NCBI GenBank assembly: GCA_934232895.1
Contig: CAKQGH010000001.1
Span: forward strand, 3,635 to 67,634
Length of the DNA stretch: 64,000 bases
Direction: 5' to 3'
DNA from: an uncultured Alphaproteobacteria bacterium
GTDB lineage: Bacteria > Pseudomonadota > Alphaproteobacteria > Rs-D84
Shown: piece by piece, positions 24,954 to 35,463 of the stretch
Layout of the letters: every line of letters begins with the position of its first letter
Numbering within the stretch: position 1 is the first letter of the stretch
The notes under the pieces: generated by a model
Seen by the model: the letters and a program-made list of their open reading frames with translations, nothing else
What the model was told of the DNA's origin: nothing
Database searches by the model: none
Program-made: the position numbers and the translations under genes

Positions 24954-26231
24954 ATGGAATTCGCGCCACACATACATAAATTATCAAATGGTCTGAATGT
25001 TATTCTGGACGATTTTGACATTGCAACAACCAATGTTCAAATCGACATACATTCTGGGGCAAATGACGAAACCACCGGCACAGAATTTGGCATCACGCAT
25101 TTCATTGAACATATGCTGTCCAAGGGAACACGCCAACACCCAGACACACAAGACATAACTACCAATATCGCCGCCTCTATCGGCGCATCACGCAACGCAG
25201 GAACATCATACGACAAACTGTGTTTATTTGGACGCGTACTGGCCGAAAATCTGAATAAATTATTAGAACTATTTTCTGAACAGTTGCGCGATTCCCTGTT
25301 TGACCCGCGCAAGATTGAAATTGAACGTGGCGTCATTCTGGACGAATACAGACGCAAAATGATGGACAATGTGTCCACGTTTAACATATTTTGCTATGAA
25401 AAACTATTTGGCGCGTCCAATCTCCTAGGAACACCGGATACTATAAAATCATTTTCACGCGAACAACTGGTAGATTATTTTTATAAAATATTGTCTGCGC
25501 AAAATATGACCATTTGCGTATCTGGTAAAATCATTGATTCAGAAAAAACATTACAACATTTAGAACAATTATTCGGCTGGATTCCATCATCCCCAGTACA
25601 TCACACACAACAAAAAATTATACCAATCGTTGCACATAATCACAAAAGTAATCAGGCAAACATTCAGATGCGCATTGCATTTGAAAATACAATTCCCGCC
25701 GATTTAGAACACAGACCCCAAACACTGGCCACAAACAGATTCAGTTTCTTGTTGGGCAAAAAATTGCACGAAATTCTGCGCAACAAACAAGGATTGACCT
25801 ATGAGGTATCCGCCACACATTTCGGCCATGCAAATGTGTACGCAAATACAATAAACACATCAACCAGCCCACAAAATATTGATACCGTCATTGCAACAAT
25901 CGCGCGCGAATGTGCCACTGCACGCATGAACCCCGAAATTACCGATGACGATGTTGCGCGGCTGCGCATGCTGATGAAATTACAATTTGCCGACATTATG
26001 GAATCGGCGTCAAAACGTTGCGGGAAATTGATGGAACACTGGCATCAATATGGCGCACTTTACGACCTGATGGGCGAAATGCAAATCAGCGATAAAATAA
26101 CCGCATCCGACATCGCCCGTGCCGCAAAAAATTTCTTTACCCAGCCGGCATCTATCCTGACCCAAGGGCCAAATACAAATTCTGATTTACAAAAAATCTG
26201 GAACGATAACTTTATAACAGAAGGAACATAA
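24954..26231 (+). CDS. M16-family zinc peptidase (pitrilysin-like)
   Basis: Inverted zincin motif HFIEHM near the N-terminus; 425 aa two-lobe length. Confidence 0.75.
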   Translation: MEFAPHIHKLSNGLNVILDDFDIATTNVQIDIHSGANDETTGTEFGITHFIEHMLSKGTRQHPDTQDITTNIAASIGASRNAGTSYDKLCLFGRVLAENLNKLLELFSEQLRDSLFDPRKIEIERGVILDEYRRKMMDNVSTFNIFCYEKLFGASNLLGTPDTIKSFSREQLVDYFYKILSAQNMTICVSGKIIDSEKTLQHLEQLFGWIPSSPVHHTQQKIIPIVAHNHKSNQANIQMRIAFENTIPADLEHRPQTLATNRFSFLLGKKLHEILRNKQGLTYEVSATHFGHANVYANTINTSTSPQNIDTVIATIARECATARMNPEITDDDVARLRMLMKLQFADIMESASKRCGKLMEHWHQYGALYDLMGEMQISDKITASDIARAAKNFFTQPASILTQGPNTNSDLQKIWNDNFITEGT

Positions 26232-26453
26232 AATGTATGACGAACCAGACCCAAGCCCAATTGATCAAATAGACATCGAAATAAACAACCCAAGAGAATA
26301 GCCAACTGGGCCAGAAGAATGATCAACTTACAAACCCGACGACAGCTTTTAACAAACCACGCGCCGAACGGTGCAGATGTGCGTAGTGCGGATTGCGAAG
26401 TGTACAAGACGTACACGAGCAAAACGCACCGCGCACAGATGTGCCGTTATAAT

Positions 26454-27023
26454 TTATTTGGCGCGTTCAACGTATTCCAGGGTTTCAGTATTGACCACGA
26501 TCTTTTCACCGGTTTCAACAAACAATGGAACTTGGACACGAATACCATTGTCCAATACGGCTGGTTTACCACCACTGCTGGATGCGGTTTGACCCTTTAA
26601 CGCTGGTTCGGTTTCTTCGACAGTTGCGATAACTGTTTTTGGCAGCGAGATAGATACAGGTTTTCCCTCGACAAAATTCGCCTTTACATTCATTTCTGGG
26701 GCCAAGAATTTCATCTGTTCGCCCAATGATTCAACCGGCATTGTGAACTGTTCATAATCAGACAGGTTCATAAAGAACGCATCCGTGCCATCGGAATACA
26801 GATATTGGCATTCAAAATCTTCGACCATCAGTTTTTCAACCTTGTCTTCGGCACGCCAACGATCGCCGCCCTTGTTTCCAGAATCAATGTCACGCAGGTC
26901 TGCCTGGACAAACGCGCCGCCCTTGCCCGGTTTTACCTTGGTAATAGATGTTACAGAATAACGACGGCCATTGTGCGAAATCACCCAACCGACGCGCATA
27001 TCATTTGCAATATATGATGCCAT
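26454..27023 (-). CDS. efp: Elongation factor P
   Basis: ORF 26454..27068 trimmed to MASYIANDMR (GAGG SD); KPGKGGAFVQADLRD loop. Confidence 0.9.
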   Translation of the reverse strand: MASYIANDMRVGWVISHNGRRYSVTSITKVKPGKGGAFVQADLRDIDSGNKGGDRWRAEDKVEKLMVEDFECQYLYSDGTDAFFMNLSDYEQFTMPVESLGEQMKFLAPEMNVKANFVEGKPVSISLPKTVIATVEETEPALKGQTASSSGGKPAVLDNGIRVQVPLFVETGEKIVVNTETLEYVERAK

Positions 27024-27087
27024 TGTTTTACCTCTTTGATTTTTAGTGTTTGGATTATAAAAACGCAACCGCTGCTATGCAAGAAAT

Positions 27088-27630
27088 TTATTGCGCCGTG
27101 CGTTTATGTGCCCAATACCGGTCGATGCTTTCCATAATCAATTGGTCCGCCGCATCACGATTGGCCCAACCCTTTATTTTCGACCATGAATTAGGTTGTA
27201 AATCTTTGTAATGGCGAAAGAAATATTCGATTTTGGACCGCAATATTTCCGGCAATTGTTCCACATAGTTTGTGTTTGTATAGAACGGATCGATTTTGTC
27301 CAGGGGTACGCAAATAATTTTCTCGTCCCCGCCGGCCTGGTCTTCCATAATCAGGGCACCGATGGGCCGAACCTCGATCAAAACGCCGGGACGCAGTGGC
27401 GCATTACACACAACCACACAATCCAATGGGTCGCCATCATCACCCAATGTGCCCGGGAAATACCCATAGTTCGCCGGATACGCCATTGGCGCGTGCAAAA
27501 TACGGTCCACACGCAACAGGCCCGATTCCTTGTTTATTTCGTATTTAACAACACCGTTTTCAGGAATTTCAATAATTGCATTCATTTGCTTTGGCGGCAT
27601 TTTGCCAGGCGCGATTTCTTCGATATTCAT
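27088..27630 (-). CDS. ppa: Inorganic pyrophosphatase (family I)
   Basis: 180 aa; YPANYGYFPGTLGDDGDPLDCVVV signature region. Confidence 0.9.
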   Translation of the reverse strand: MNIEEIAPGKMPPKQMNAIIEIPENGVVKYEINKESGLLRVDRILHAPMAYPANYGYFPGTLGDDGDPLDCVVVCNAPLRPGVLIEVRPIGALIMEDQAGGDEKIICVPLDKIDPFYTNTNYVEQLPEILRSKIEYFFRHYKDLQPNSWSKIKGWANRDAADQLIMESIDRYWAHKRTAQ

Positions 27631-27729
27631 AATACGTTTCCTTTGATTACCCGAATGATACTATCAGAAAAACGCCGTGTTGCAACAATGTTCACAAAAA
27701 AAATCCCGCAAATGCGGGATTCTTTTATT

Positions 27730-28848
27730 TTACATGCGCATCGGCATCAATATGAACAATGCATCTGTGTCCTTGTCCGTCGATTTAATAATCGTTGGCG
27801 ACAACGGATCCTGCATTTCCATCTGGAATTTTTCACCTTCGACCTGGCCGGCAACATCCATCAAGAATTTCACATTAAATGTGACCGTGAACGATGCATC
27901 GCCATTGTATTCAATGTCCAATTCCTGGGTCGCGGTACCGGCATCCGGACTGGACGCATTCACAACCAGTTTGTTCATTGAATATGTCAATTGCACAGAT
28001 TTCGTTTTATCCATACTGGCAACAGACACCAAGTCAACAGCGTTCAAGAATTGTTTTCTGTCCAGAACGGCAATCTTGTCATTGCCCTTTGGAATTACGA
28101 CACGATAGTTTGGATATTGCGCATCAACCAGTTTGCTGGTCAAAATTGCCGCACCAACCGTGAAACGCGCCTTGGTATCAGACAATTCAACCGTCACATC
28201 ATCAACTGTCGCATCTTCCAGTAACTTGGACAATTCGCCAATCACGCGACGTGGCAAAATAACCGCCGGCATTTCCGCACTGCCCGCCGGGGCCGGCATT
28301 GCACACAGGGCCATACGTTGGGCATCGGTTGCAACCGCGGTCAGCATTTTTTCTTTGCCTTCGTCCGCGATGTGGAAATAAATACCACCCAAGTGATAAC
28401 GAACATCGTCGGTTGGGATTGCAAATTTGGTCTGGTTTATCAGGTGTGCCAAATCGCCCGTTGTCATCTGGAATTTTGTGGTCAGATTGCTGCCCGCCAT
28501 GGCAGGGAAATTTTCCGCCGGCAATGTTGGCAAACGGAATACCGCACGACCGCTGGACACAACCAACTGGTCACCATTCTGTTTGAATGTGATTTCCGCG
28601 TCATCTGGCAATTTACGAACGATATCGTACAACATCTGAACAGGAACAGTTGTTTTGCCCCCCAATGTGATATCGGCCGCGACATGTTCAACCAATTCCA
28701 AATCAACATTCGTCGCAGACAGAATCAAATCGTCTGCAACCTCTAACTTTACATTCATCAATATCGGCAGTGTTGCGCGCTTTTCCACAATTGACTGCAT
28801 GTGGCCCAATGCACGAATTAAAACCTGACGAAATACTGAAAATTCCAT
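27730..28848 (-). CDS. dnaN: DNA polymerase III beta sliding clamp
   Basis: 372 aa; N-terminus MEFSVFRQVLIRALGHMQSIVEKRATLPILMNVKL and three-domain length typical of DnaN. Confidence 0.88.
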   Translation of the reverse strand: MEFSVFRQVLIRALGHMQSIVEKRATLPILMNVKLEVADDLILSATNVDLELVEHVAADITLGGKTTVPVQMLYDIVRKLPDDAEITFKQNGDQLVVSSGRAVFRLPTLPAENFPAMAGSNLTTKFQMTTGDLAHLINQTKFAIPTDDVRYHLGGIYFHIADEGKEKMLTAVATDAQRMALCAMPAPAGSAEMPAVILPRRVIGELSKLLEDATVDDVTVELSDTKARFTVGAAILTSKLVDAQYPNYRVVIPKGNDKIAVLDRKQFLNAVDLVSVASMDKTKSVQLTYSMNKLVVNASSPDAGTATQELDIEYNGDASFTVTFNVKFLMDVAGQVEGEKFQMEMQDPLSPTIIKSTDKDTDALFILMPMRM

Positions 28849-29009
28849 AACACGCTCCTAGTATCTATATGTGTTCCCACATTCTTTGGTCTGATTTTAC
28901 CAAAAAATGCCGATTCGGTGCAAGGGGAAAACAAAGCCCGAACAATCGGTTTGTTATTTGCGGATAATCGCATTTTGTCAAAAACAAAAACGCCCCAAAC
29001 GGGGCGATT

Positions 29010-29768
29010 TTATTTTGCCAGAACCTTTAACAATTTGGTTCGCAATTTTTTTATGTCGTCGTATTTTGTAAATTTCCCCTTTTCGGCAATCGATATGTCG
29101 CCACTTTCTTCGGATACGACCAAAACGGTTGCACTGGATAATTCCGACAGCCCCAGCGCCGCGCGATGACGGGTGCCGTATTTCCAATTCAGATTATTTT
29201 GCGACAACGGCAAAATTGCACCCGCATACGCAATACGATTGCGATCTATTATTACCGCACCATCATGCAGTGGCGTTTTGTTAAAGAATATGGTCAGTAA
29301 CAATTCACTGGTAATAACGGCATCTATGCGAACGCCCTTTTTTTCAATAACACTCTCATCCAATGTTGATGGGAATACAATCAGCGCGCCGGTATGTTTT
29401 GCCGACATATATTCAACCGCACTGCAAATGGCGTCCAATCCACGCGTATCTTTTGCACTGGCGTCGCCACGATGGAATATGCGGGACCAGCCTTCGATAT
29501 TTCCCATCAATGCCATAAATTTGCGCAATTCCGGTTGGAATATAACAATCAGCCCCAATGACAAAAACAATGCCGTCCAATGCAAAAACGCACCAAGTAA
29601 ATCCAAATGCGCCCACGACAAAATAAAACTGAGTATCCACAGCGCCGCCAGCCCAAACAAACCACGCACCAATTTTTCAGACGATGTGTTGCGAATAAAA
29701 CTGCGATAAAACAACCATACAATCACCGCAATAATAATGACCTGAACAAACCCCAACCAGTTAAACAT
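29010..29768 (-). CDS. cdaA: Membrane-bound diadenylate cyclase (CdaA/DacA type)
   Basis: Three N-terminal TM helices plus DAC-domain motifs TPLHDGAVII, GTRHRAALGLSE, VLVVSEESGDISIA. Confidence 0.85.
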   Translation of the reverse strand: MFNWLGFVQVIIIAVIVWLFYRSFIRNTSSEKLVRGLFGLAALWILSFILSWAHLDLLGAFLHWTALFLSLGLIVIFQPELRKFMALMGNIEGWSRIFHRGDASAKDTRGLDAICSAVEYMSAKHTGALIVFPSTLDESVIEKKGVRIDAVITSELLLTIFFNKTPLHDGAVIIDRNRIAYAGAILPLSQNNLNWKYGTRHRAALGLSELSSATVLVVSEESGDISIAEKGKFTKYDDIKKLRTKLLKVLAK

Positions 29769-29771
29769 TTC

Positions 29772-31865
29772 TTATTTTGCCCCCTGTGTTTGTTTTGACA
29801 TAACTGTTTCTTGTAATTCCGGTATTGGTAAATTCATCCATTCCGGGTCACTGCGCATATCGGGCGCACCGCGTTCCATGGCAGTTTCGCACGGATGGTC
29901 ATCCGCCAACCAGTTTTCCAGCAAGTCCCCGGCCAGCAAACCAACGCCCGCCCCCGCGACCAGACCGATACCACCGGTAAATGGCGCCAACAACAATCCC
30001 AAACCGGTTGCCGATGCAACCTTGCCCGCGACGGCCGCGCCACTGATGCGAACATCGGGCTCGGACAAATTGCCGCTGATTTCGATGGAATTTACAACAT
30101 TGCCGGTCAACGACAATTTCAGTCCGCGCACCGGAACCGTGGTCAATGCCATTTTCATATTTTCGCCACCCAAATTCAAATTACCCGCCAGGCGCAAATT
30201 GATAACATTTGTTTCAACCGCAACGCCATTTTGTGTTTCGGCAACGCCGTCGCGCAATTTAGTATTCAGGGCCACACATTTAATTGTGAAACCGTTGTAC
30301 TTTTTTTCGCTGCGCAACGAATCTTCGATTGCGTGCCGCACCGATGTCAGAAAATCTGTTCCATACATATATGACATCAATGCCGAATGCGCATACCCAG
30401 TGCCCGATGATTTAACCTGGACCGGGCCGGTAATGGTCGACATCATTTCTGATAAATTGGTTCCATTACCCTGGACATATAAATCTATGTTCGTGGGCAA
30501 CCCAGATATAAAATCGGATTCCCAAACCTCGTTCAATATTTGACCAACCGATATATCACGCCCGGTTGCCGCAACGGTTGCAAATATGCGCCCATCGGCA
30601 TCAATGTCGCCATCGGCACCAATCTGAATATTGCCGCCACCGATTGTGGCGCCCATATCAATTCGCACAACGCGGTTTTGAATTTTCGCATTCAAATCAA
30701 TTTGCCCAATTGTCAAATCGCGATAAACAATCAGTTTACCAATCTTGGCCCGAACAGTGCCATTAAATCCGCCGATTTCCCGTCCATACAGCGGGATATC
30801 ATGAAACGCATTTAATTCACGATCGGGACGCGTCCAATTGCCGTCATATACATCGGGGAATATCTGAATCAGATTTAATGCTTTTGATTCAACATTTGCG
30901 TCCAATTGTGGCGTTGCCCGCGACCAATCAAATGCGCCCGATATGGTCAATTCATTTCCGGCCACCGCAATTGACGATTTACGCAATGTCAATTTTGAAT
31001 GTTCCAACCCACCAGCAATATTCACCTGCATCTTTGGCACTTTGTGTAAATCCAATTTCAGTAAACGCCCCACTGCACGAATGTCTGGGATGTCACCCTT
31101 GATTATAAAATCAATTGGCATACGGCTTTGGCCTTCAAGTGCGATATTTGCAATCAGTGCATTTCCGCCCGATGAAAATGCAATGCGCATCGGGTATACA
31201 CGGCGTTCGGCGTTATATTCCGAATATGTGACAATAAATGGAAATACATCATCGGCATTTTTTATCCACCCGGCATATTCCCGCGCGTCTGATTTTGGAA
31301 CATACCGCAATTGAAAACCAGACAATGAATATGATTCATCAAAAATATGCGCAACCAGGTTGCGAACCTCTACCCCGCCCAGGCCTGGATCCGTAAACGG
31401 ATATTTTGGCTGTGCGACCTTTTTCCCATCGTCTGGTGCGGCATTGCCAGACGCCACCGACGAAATAGAATATGCCCCATCGGCATTTTTTTCCAGGCAT
31501 ACCGTCGCATCATACACCTTGATGTTTTGAATTGTTGGGCGCGATTGAAACAGCGAAAACAAATTCAATGTGACATCTATTTTTTCGGCACTGAATGCGT
31601 ATTTATGTTTTGCCCAATCGGCATTAGGAATGCGCACCTGGTTTAATTCAATCCGCGGACGCAGCGAAAATTTCCACGACACGGCGCCATCTATTTCAAC
31701 CGGCATACCGGTTGCGTTTTGCAATATCGACAAAATGTTACCACGCAGTGTTTCCAAATTCACCTGGGATAACGCAATTACAAACGCCACAACCATACCG
31801 ACGATAAACAGCATGACTATGCGCATAATTGTCAGAAAAGATTTATTTCGTTTCCGTGTGACCAA
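29772..31865 (-). CDS. AsmA-family envelope protein
   Basis: 697 aa; single N-terminal TM (IVMLFIVGMVVAFVIAL) then a long beta-rich region; family call from architecture only. Confidence 0.55.
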   Translation of the reverse strand: MVTRKRNKSFLTIMRIVMLFIVGMVVAFVIALSQVNLETLRGNILSILQNATGMPVEIDGAVSWKFSLRPRIELNQVRIPNADWAKHKYAFSAEKIDVTLNLFSLFQSRPTIQNIKVYDATVCLEKNADGAYSISSVASGNAAPDDGKKVAQPKYPFTDPGLGGVEVRNLVAHIFDESYSLSGFQLRYVPKSDAREYAGWIKNADDVFPFIVTYSEYNAERRVYPMRIAFSSGGNALIANIALEGQSRMPIDFIIKGDIPDIRAVGRLLKLDLHKVPKMQVNIAGGLEHSKLTLRKSSIAVAGNELTISGAFDWSRATPQLDANVESKALNLIQIFPDVYDGNWTRPDRELNAFHDIPLYGREIGGFNGTVRAKIGKLIVYRDLTIGQIDLNAKIQNRVVRIDMGATIGGGNIQIGADGDIDADGRIFATVAATGRDISVGQILNEVWESDFISGLPTNIDLYVQGNGTNLSEMMSTITGPVQVKSSGTGYAHSALMSYMYGTDFLTSVRHAIEDSLRSEKKYNGFTIKCVALNTKLRDGVAETQNGVAVETNVINLRLAGNLNLGGENMKMALTTVPVRGLKLSLTGNVVNSIEISGNLSEPDVRISGAAVAGKVASATGLGLLLAPFTGGIGLVAGAGVGLLAGDLLENWLADDHPCETAMERGAPDMRSDPEWMNLPIPELQETVMSKQTQGAK

Positions 31866-31867
31866 TT

Positions 31868-32848
31868 TTACTTTCCCTGTGGTAAATGGAATTCAAAAAA
31901 TTCCATAACCGGCGTCATAAATGCCGGTGGTGTGGCGCGAAAAGTCATTATGCGCCCCGTTGTTGGGTGCTGAAATGTCAACTGGTACGCCAACAAGAAC
32001 AAATTGTTTGTTGCAATTACGCCCCCCAGCGCATTGTCAATATGCCGCCCCGCCCCATATAACGCATCGCCAACGATTGGAGCATTCAAAACGTATGCAC
32101 TGTGCACGCGTAATTGATGTGTACGCCCGGTTTTCGGCGAAAACAAAACCCACGACAAATGTTCGCCGGCATTTGCCAAAACGCGATATTCCGTAATTGC
32201 GCGCTGGGGGCGTTGACCTGTACCATCGTTTACGCGCGCGGGGCTGTCAAACACCTGGCCTTTGATCATATAGTCCTCAATCACACCGTGCGACGGTTTA
32301 ACATCACCGTTTAACAATGCCAAATATTCTTTGTGCGCGGTTTTTGCCTGGAATGCGGTTGCCAAACTTTGCGCCGCGCGCAGATTTTTTGCAACAACCA
32401 ACAAACCTGATGTTTCGCGGTCCAGCCGATGCACCAATGAAATTTTATCATACGGGAACAACGCCGCCGCCATTTTATCAACCGATTTGCGAATGCCTGT
32501 GCCACCCTGGACCGCCAATCCGGCCGGTTTATTAAACACAACAATATCGTCATCATTGTGAATGATGCATCTGCGTAATTCTTCCAAATCGGCCAACGAA
32601 AATACGGCGCCACTTTCGGTCTTTTTTTCACGCGCGGCAGCATATCCGGCAATCGTGGGTGGTACACGCACCGCATCACCCGCCAGTAATATTTCGGTCC
32701 CGCGCACGCGACGTGAATTCACACGAATTTGCCCACCACGACACAGTTTGTAAAATTCGCGTTGTGGCATTGACGGGAAATGCCGCAAGAACCAGCGCAA
32801 CAAACGTGTGCCCTCTTCGGTCTGTGGAATTGTGATGAATTCAGCCAT
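31868..32848 (-). CDS. RluA-family rRNA pseudouridine synthase (RluC/RluD-like)
   Basis: N-terminal S4-like region; catalytic motif HRLDRETSGLLVVAK. Confidence 0.85.
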   Translation of the reverse strand: MAEFITIPQTEEGTRLLRWFLRHFPSMPQREFYKLCRGGQIRVNSRRVRGTEILLAGDAVRVPPTIAGYAAAREKKTESGAVFSLADLEELRRCIIHNDDDIVVFNKPAGLAVQGGTGIRKSVDKMAAALFPYDKISLVHRLDRETSGLLVVAKNLRAAQSLATAFQAKTAHKEYLALLNGDVKPSHGVIEDYMIKGQVFDSPARVNDGTGQRPQRAITEYRVLANAGEHLSWVLFSPKTGRTHQLRVHSAYVLNAPIVGDALYGAGRHIDNALGGVIATNNLFLLAYQLTFQHPTTGRIMTFRATPPAFMTPVMEFFEFHLPQGK

Positions 32849-32863
32849 TGCAATACCCGTATA

Positions 32864-33328
32864 TTATTCGCCGTATGTTATTTCAACGGTATTGTTGTTT
32901 GCACCATTTTTACAATTTCCCGTGGCACCACTGTTTTTACCATTGGAATTTGTATATCCAACCGAATCAGACCATGCCTTGGTCGCGAAATATTCGCAAT
33001 CAGATTGCGACAGCCCAGAAATGATCACAACAAATTGGCGCGAATTAGATGGATCGACCGCCAACGCGTATGTACCACCATACGGGTTTTGATTTGTCAT
33101 ACCAATGACATTAAATATTGTGCTGTTGTTTATGTGTGAATAATCGTCATATTCACCCAACAATGTGCGAACCTGGGTCACCATTTGAATAACCTCGTCA
33201 TTGACGGCATTGCGCTTTTGCGTGCGCATGGCGGTCGAAATCATACCAATCGCCCCAACAGTTATTACACCCATGATGGCCAAAACACCCAACATTTCAA
33301 TCATGGAACGCCCTGATTCTTGTCTCAT
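32864..33328 (-). CDS. Type IV pilin-like protein (154 aa)
   Basis: Class III leader MRQESG|RSMIEMLGVLAIMGVITVG with Gly(-1) and Glu(+5); C-terminal Cys pair (SDCEYF ... GNCKNG). Confidence 0.7.
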   Translation of the reverse strand: MRQESGRSMIEMLGVLAIMGVITVGAIGMISTAMRTQKRNAVNDEVIQMVTQVRTLLGEYDDYSHINNSTIFNVIGMTNQNPYGGTYALAVDPSNSRQFVVIISGLSQSDCEYFATKAWSDSVGYTNSNGKNSGATGNCKNGANNNTVEITYGE

Positions 33329-33377
33329 ATTATATCTCCCATTTGCTATTTGTTTTTTTTATTCTATCATATTTGAT

Positions 33378-34799
33378 ATGGATGTTCAATTTTCTGATTT
33401 AATCGCAAACAGCCCAAACGCCCCCGGTGTCTATAAAATGTACGACGCCGATGGCGCATTATTGTATGTGGGCAAGGCAAAAAACCTGTCAAACCGGCTG
33501 AAACAATATGTGGACACATCCAAATTGGAATTGCATAAACAGGTTATGCGCAGTCTGGTTGCCCGCGTCGATTGGGAAACCGTTCCCACCGAATCGGATG
33601 CATTATTACGCGAACAGGAATTGATTAAAACATTGCGCCCCAAATATAACATTATGCTGACCGATGGGAAAATGTACCCAATGTTGGCATTGACCAATTC
33701 TGAATATCCACGCCTGTTAAAATTTCGCGGCAAAATATCCCAGCGGCGCGATGTATATGGGCCATATCCGTCGGTTGGCGCATTGAATGAAACGATAAAA
33801 ACAATTCAAAAGGTGTGCCAGATTCGCACATGCAACGATACATTTATGCGCAATCGCACACGCCCATGTTTATTACACCAAATTGGCCGATGCAGCGCAC
33901 CCTGTGTATTACCACAAACGGATTATGCTGCACGCGTCAGTTTGGCACGTCGAATCTTGACCGGGGACAGTGAACCAATCATCGCCGAATTGACACAACA
34001 AATGCAAAAATTTTCATCGGAAATGGATTTTGAATCGGCGGCGGCGGTGCGCGATAAAATTGCCGAATTGACGCATACATCAAATCGCGGTATGCGGCGT
34101 GAACGTGCACATAGCGCGAATTTTGATTGGCAAAATTCTGTCAATGATTTGGAACAATTTTCCGGCGTAAAAATACAAATTGTTGGCGTATTTGATAATT
34201 CACATTTGTTTGGCCGCAGTCCCGTTGGTGCGATGATAACATTTGGTCACGACGGTTTCATAAAAAATGGATATCGCCATTTCAAATTACGCAACGCGGC
34301 CGCCGCCGGAAATGATATTGCAATGATGGCCGAATTTGTCACCCGTGCGACCGAAAAAAATAAACTGGATATGATTATTGTAGATGGCGGCATGGCACAG
34401 TGGCGCATTGCACACCGCGTTGCACCAAACATTCCAATTTTGGGCGTCACCAAGGGCGAGGTTCGCAACGGCGACGAACACTTTATTATGCCCGATGGCA
34501 CAATCAATCGCGATGTGTCCAAGGATTCACGATTGTTTTTATTGTTGCGTGCCGTCCGGGACGAGGCGCATCGTTTCGTCATAACATATCACCGCACCGT
34601 TCGCGCAAAGACAATGACATCGTCGGTATTGGATGATATCGAAGACATTGGACCGAAACGCAAGCACGCCCTGTTGACGCATTTCGGTGCGGTTCATGAA
34701 ATTGCCGATGCCGATATGGCCGCATTGTTGCGGGTGCCGGGTTTGGGGCGCAGCGCCGCCGAAAAAATTTATGCCTATTTCCATTCTGGGGTGGTATAA
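33378..34799 (+). CDS. uvrC: Excinuclease ABC subunit C (compact, 473 aa)
   Basis: ORF 33201..34799 trimmed to MDVQFSDL; GIY-YIG PGVYKMYDADGALLYVGKAKNL, Cys cluster CQIRTC..RPCLLHQIGRCSAPC, UVR FESAAAVRDKI, RDEAHRF, C-terminal HhH. Confidence 0.88.
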   Translation: MDVQFSDLIANSPNAPGVYKMYDADGALLYVGKAKNLSNRLKQYVDTSKLELHKQVMRSLVARVDWETVPTESDALLREQELIKTLRPKYNIMLTDGKMYPMLALTNSEYPRLLKFRGKISQRRDVYGPYPSVGALNETIKTIQKVCQIRTCNDTFMRNRTRPCLLHQIGRCSAPCVLPQTDYAARVSLARRILTGDSEPIIAELTQQMQKFSSEMDFESAAAVRDKIAELTHTSNRGMRRERAHSANFDWQNSVNDLEQFSGVKIQIVGVFDNSHLFGRSPVGAMITFGHDGFIKNGYRHFKLRNAAAAGNDIAMMAEFVTRATEKNKLDMIIVDGGMAQWRIAHRVAPNIPILGVTKGEVRNGDEHFIMPDGTINRDVSKDSRLFLLLRAVRDEAHRFVITYHRTVRAKTMTSSVLDDIEDIGPKRKHALLTHFGAVHEIADADMAALLRVPGLGRSAAEKIYAYFHSGVV

Positions 34800-34826
34800 T
34801 ATGCGTACAAGCAAAGGAGAAATAAT

Positions 34827-35426
34827 ATGAAATTTTTTGTAAACTTTTTATCCGCGTTCCGTATTGCATCGGCGTTTGTTGTCGTGTTGACAATGCTGTA
34901 TGGATGGCCATGGGTCACATTTGTATTGTTCGCATTGGCGGCGGCATCTGATTGGTTTGATGGATACCTGGCGCGTAAATATAATGTATGCACAAAATTG
35001 GGTGGCGTAATGGACCACATTGGCGACAAATTGTTGGTGTGCAATACACTGATTATGTTGGCCGTTATGATGCGCGTGTGGTTTGTAATCGTTCCAGTAA
35101 TTTTGATGATTGCACGCGAATTGTATATCAGCGGTCTGCGTGAATTTCTGGGCACCCAGAAAATAGAAATGCCTGTTCCCAAGGCACGTTTTTCAATGGG
35201 CAAGATAAAGACAACATTTCAAATGATTACAATCGTTGCGTTTTTGGGTCTGTATGTCATTGGCGCATCCATCACACCCGAAACCGACAGTCGTTTCATT
35301 ATGTTCTTGTTGAATGTATTGCCAGCGGTTGGTTTATATGGTTTGTGGATTTCACTGTTTGCATCCTTGTTCAGTGCCGCACAATACACCCGCACATTTG
35401 CACAAAAATTAAAGCAAATTAAATAG
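34827..35426 (+). CDS. pgsA: CDP-diacylglycerol--glycerol-3-phosphate 3-phosphatidyltransferase
   Basis: CDP-alcohol phosphatidyltransferase motif DWFDGYLARKYNVCTKLGGVMDHIGDK; AAAGGAG SD. Confidence 0.85.
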   Translation: MKFFVNFLSAFRIASAFVVVLTMLYGWPWVTFVLFALAAASDWFDGYLARKYNVCTKLGGVMDHIGDKLLVCNTLIMLAVMMRVWFVIVPVILMIARELYISGLREFLGTQKIEMPVPKARFSMGKIKTTFQMITIVAFLGLYVIGASITPETDSRFIMFLLNVLPAVGLYGLWISLFASLFSAAQYTRTFAQKLKQIK

Positions 35427-35463
35427 TAAAAATACCGGCAAAACTTGCCGGTATTTTTTATTA

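Noticed and set aside
26233-26301. 22-codon ORF (MYDEPDPSPIDQIDIEINNPRE) overlapping the stop of the M16 peptidase gene
   Set aside because: It has no SD, is very short and acidic, and I have no supporting evidence. I treat it as noise.
27211-27981. Long antisense ORFs opposite ppa/dnaN (27211..27981), dprA (43109..43963), gatA (54779..55513), the AsmA-like gene (29878..30543), lepA (8330..8914) and the ORFs at 30..603
   Set aside because: Each overlaps a gene with clear family motifs on the other strand. Their products are Arg/His/Cys-rich with no recognisable motifs.
33378-34799. UvrC is only 473 aa, against about 600 aa for the usual protein, so it might be truncated or a pseudogene
   Set aside because: All expected modules are present in order: GIY-YIG, the Cys cluster, UVR, the RNase-H-like endonuclease with RDEAHRF, and HhH. 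It looks like a compact but intact gene.
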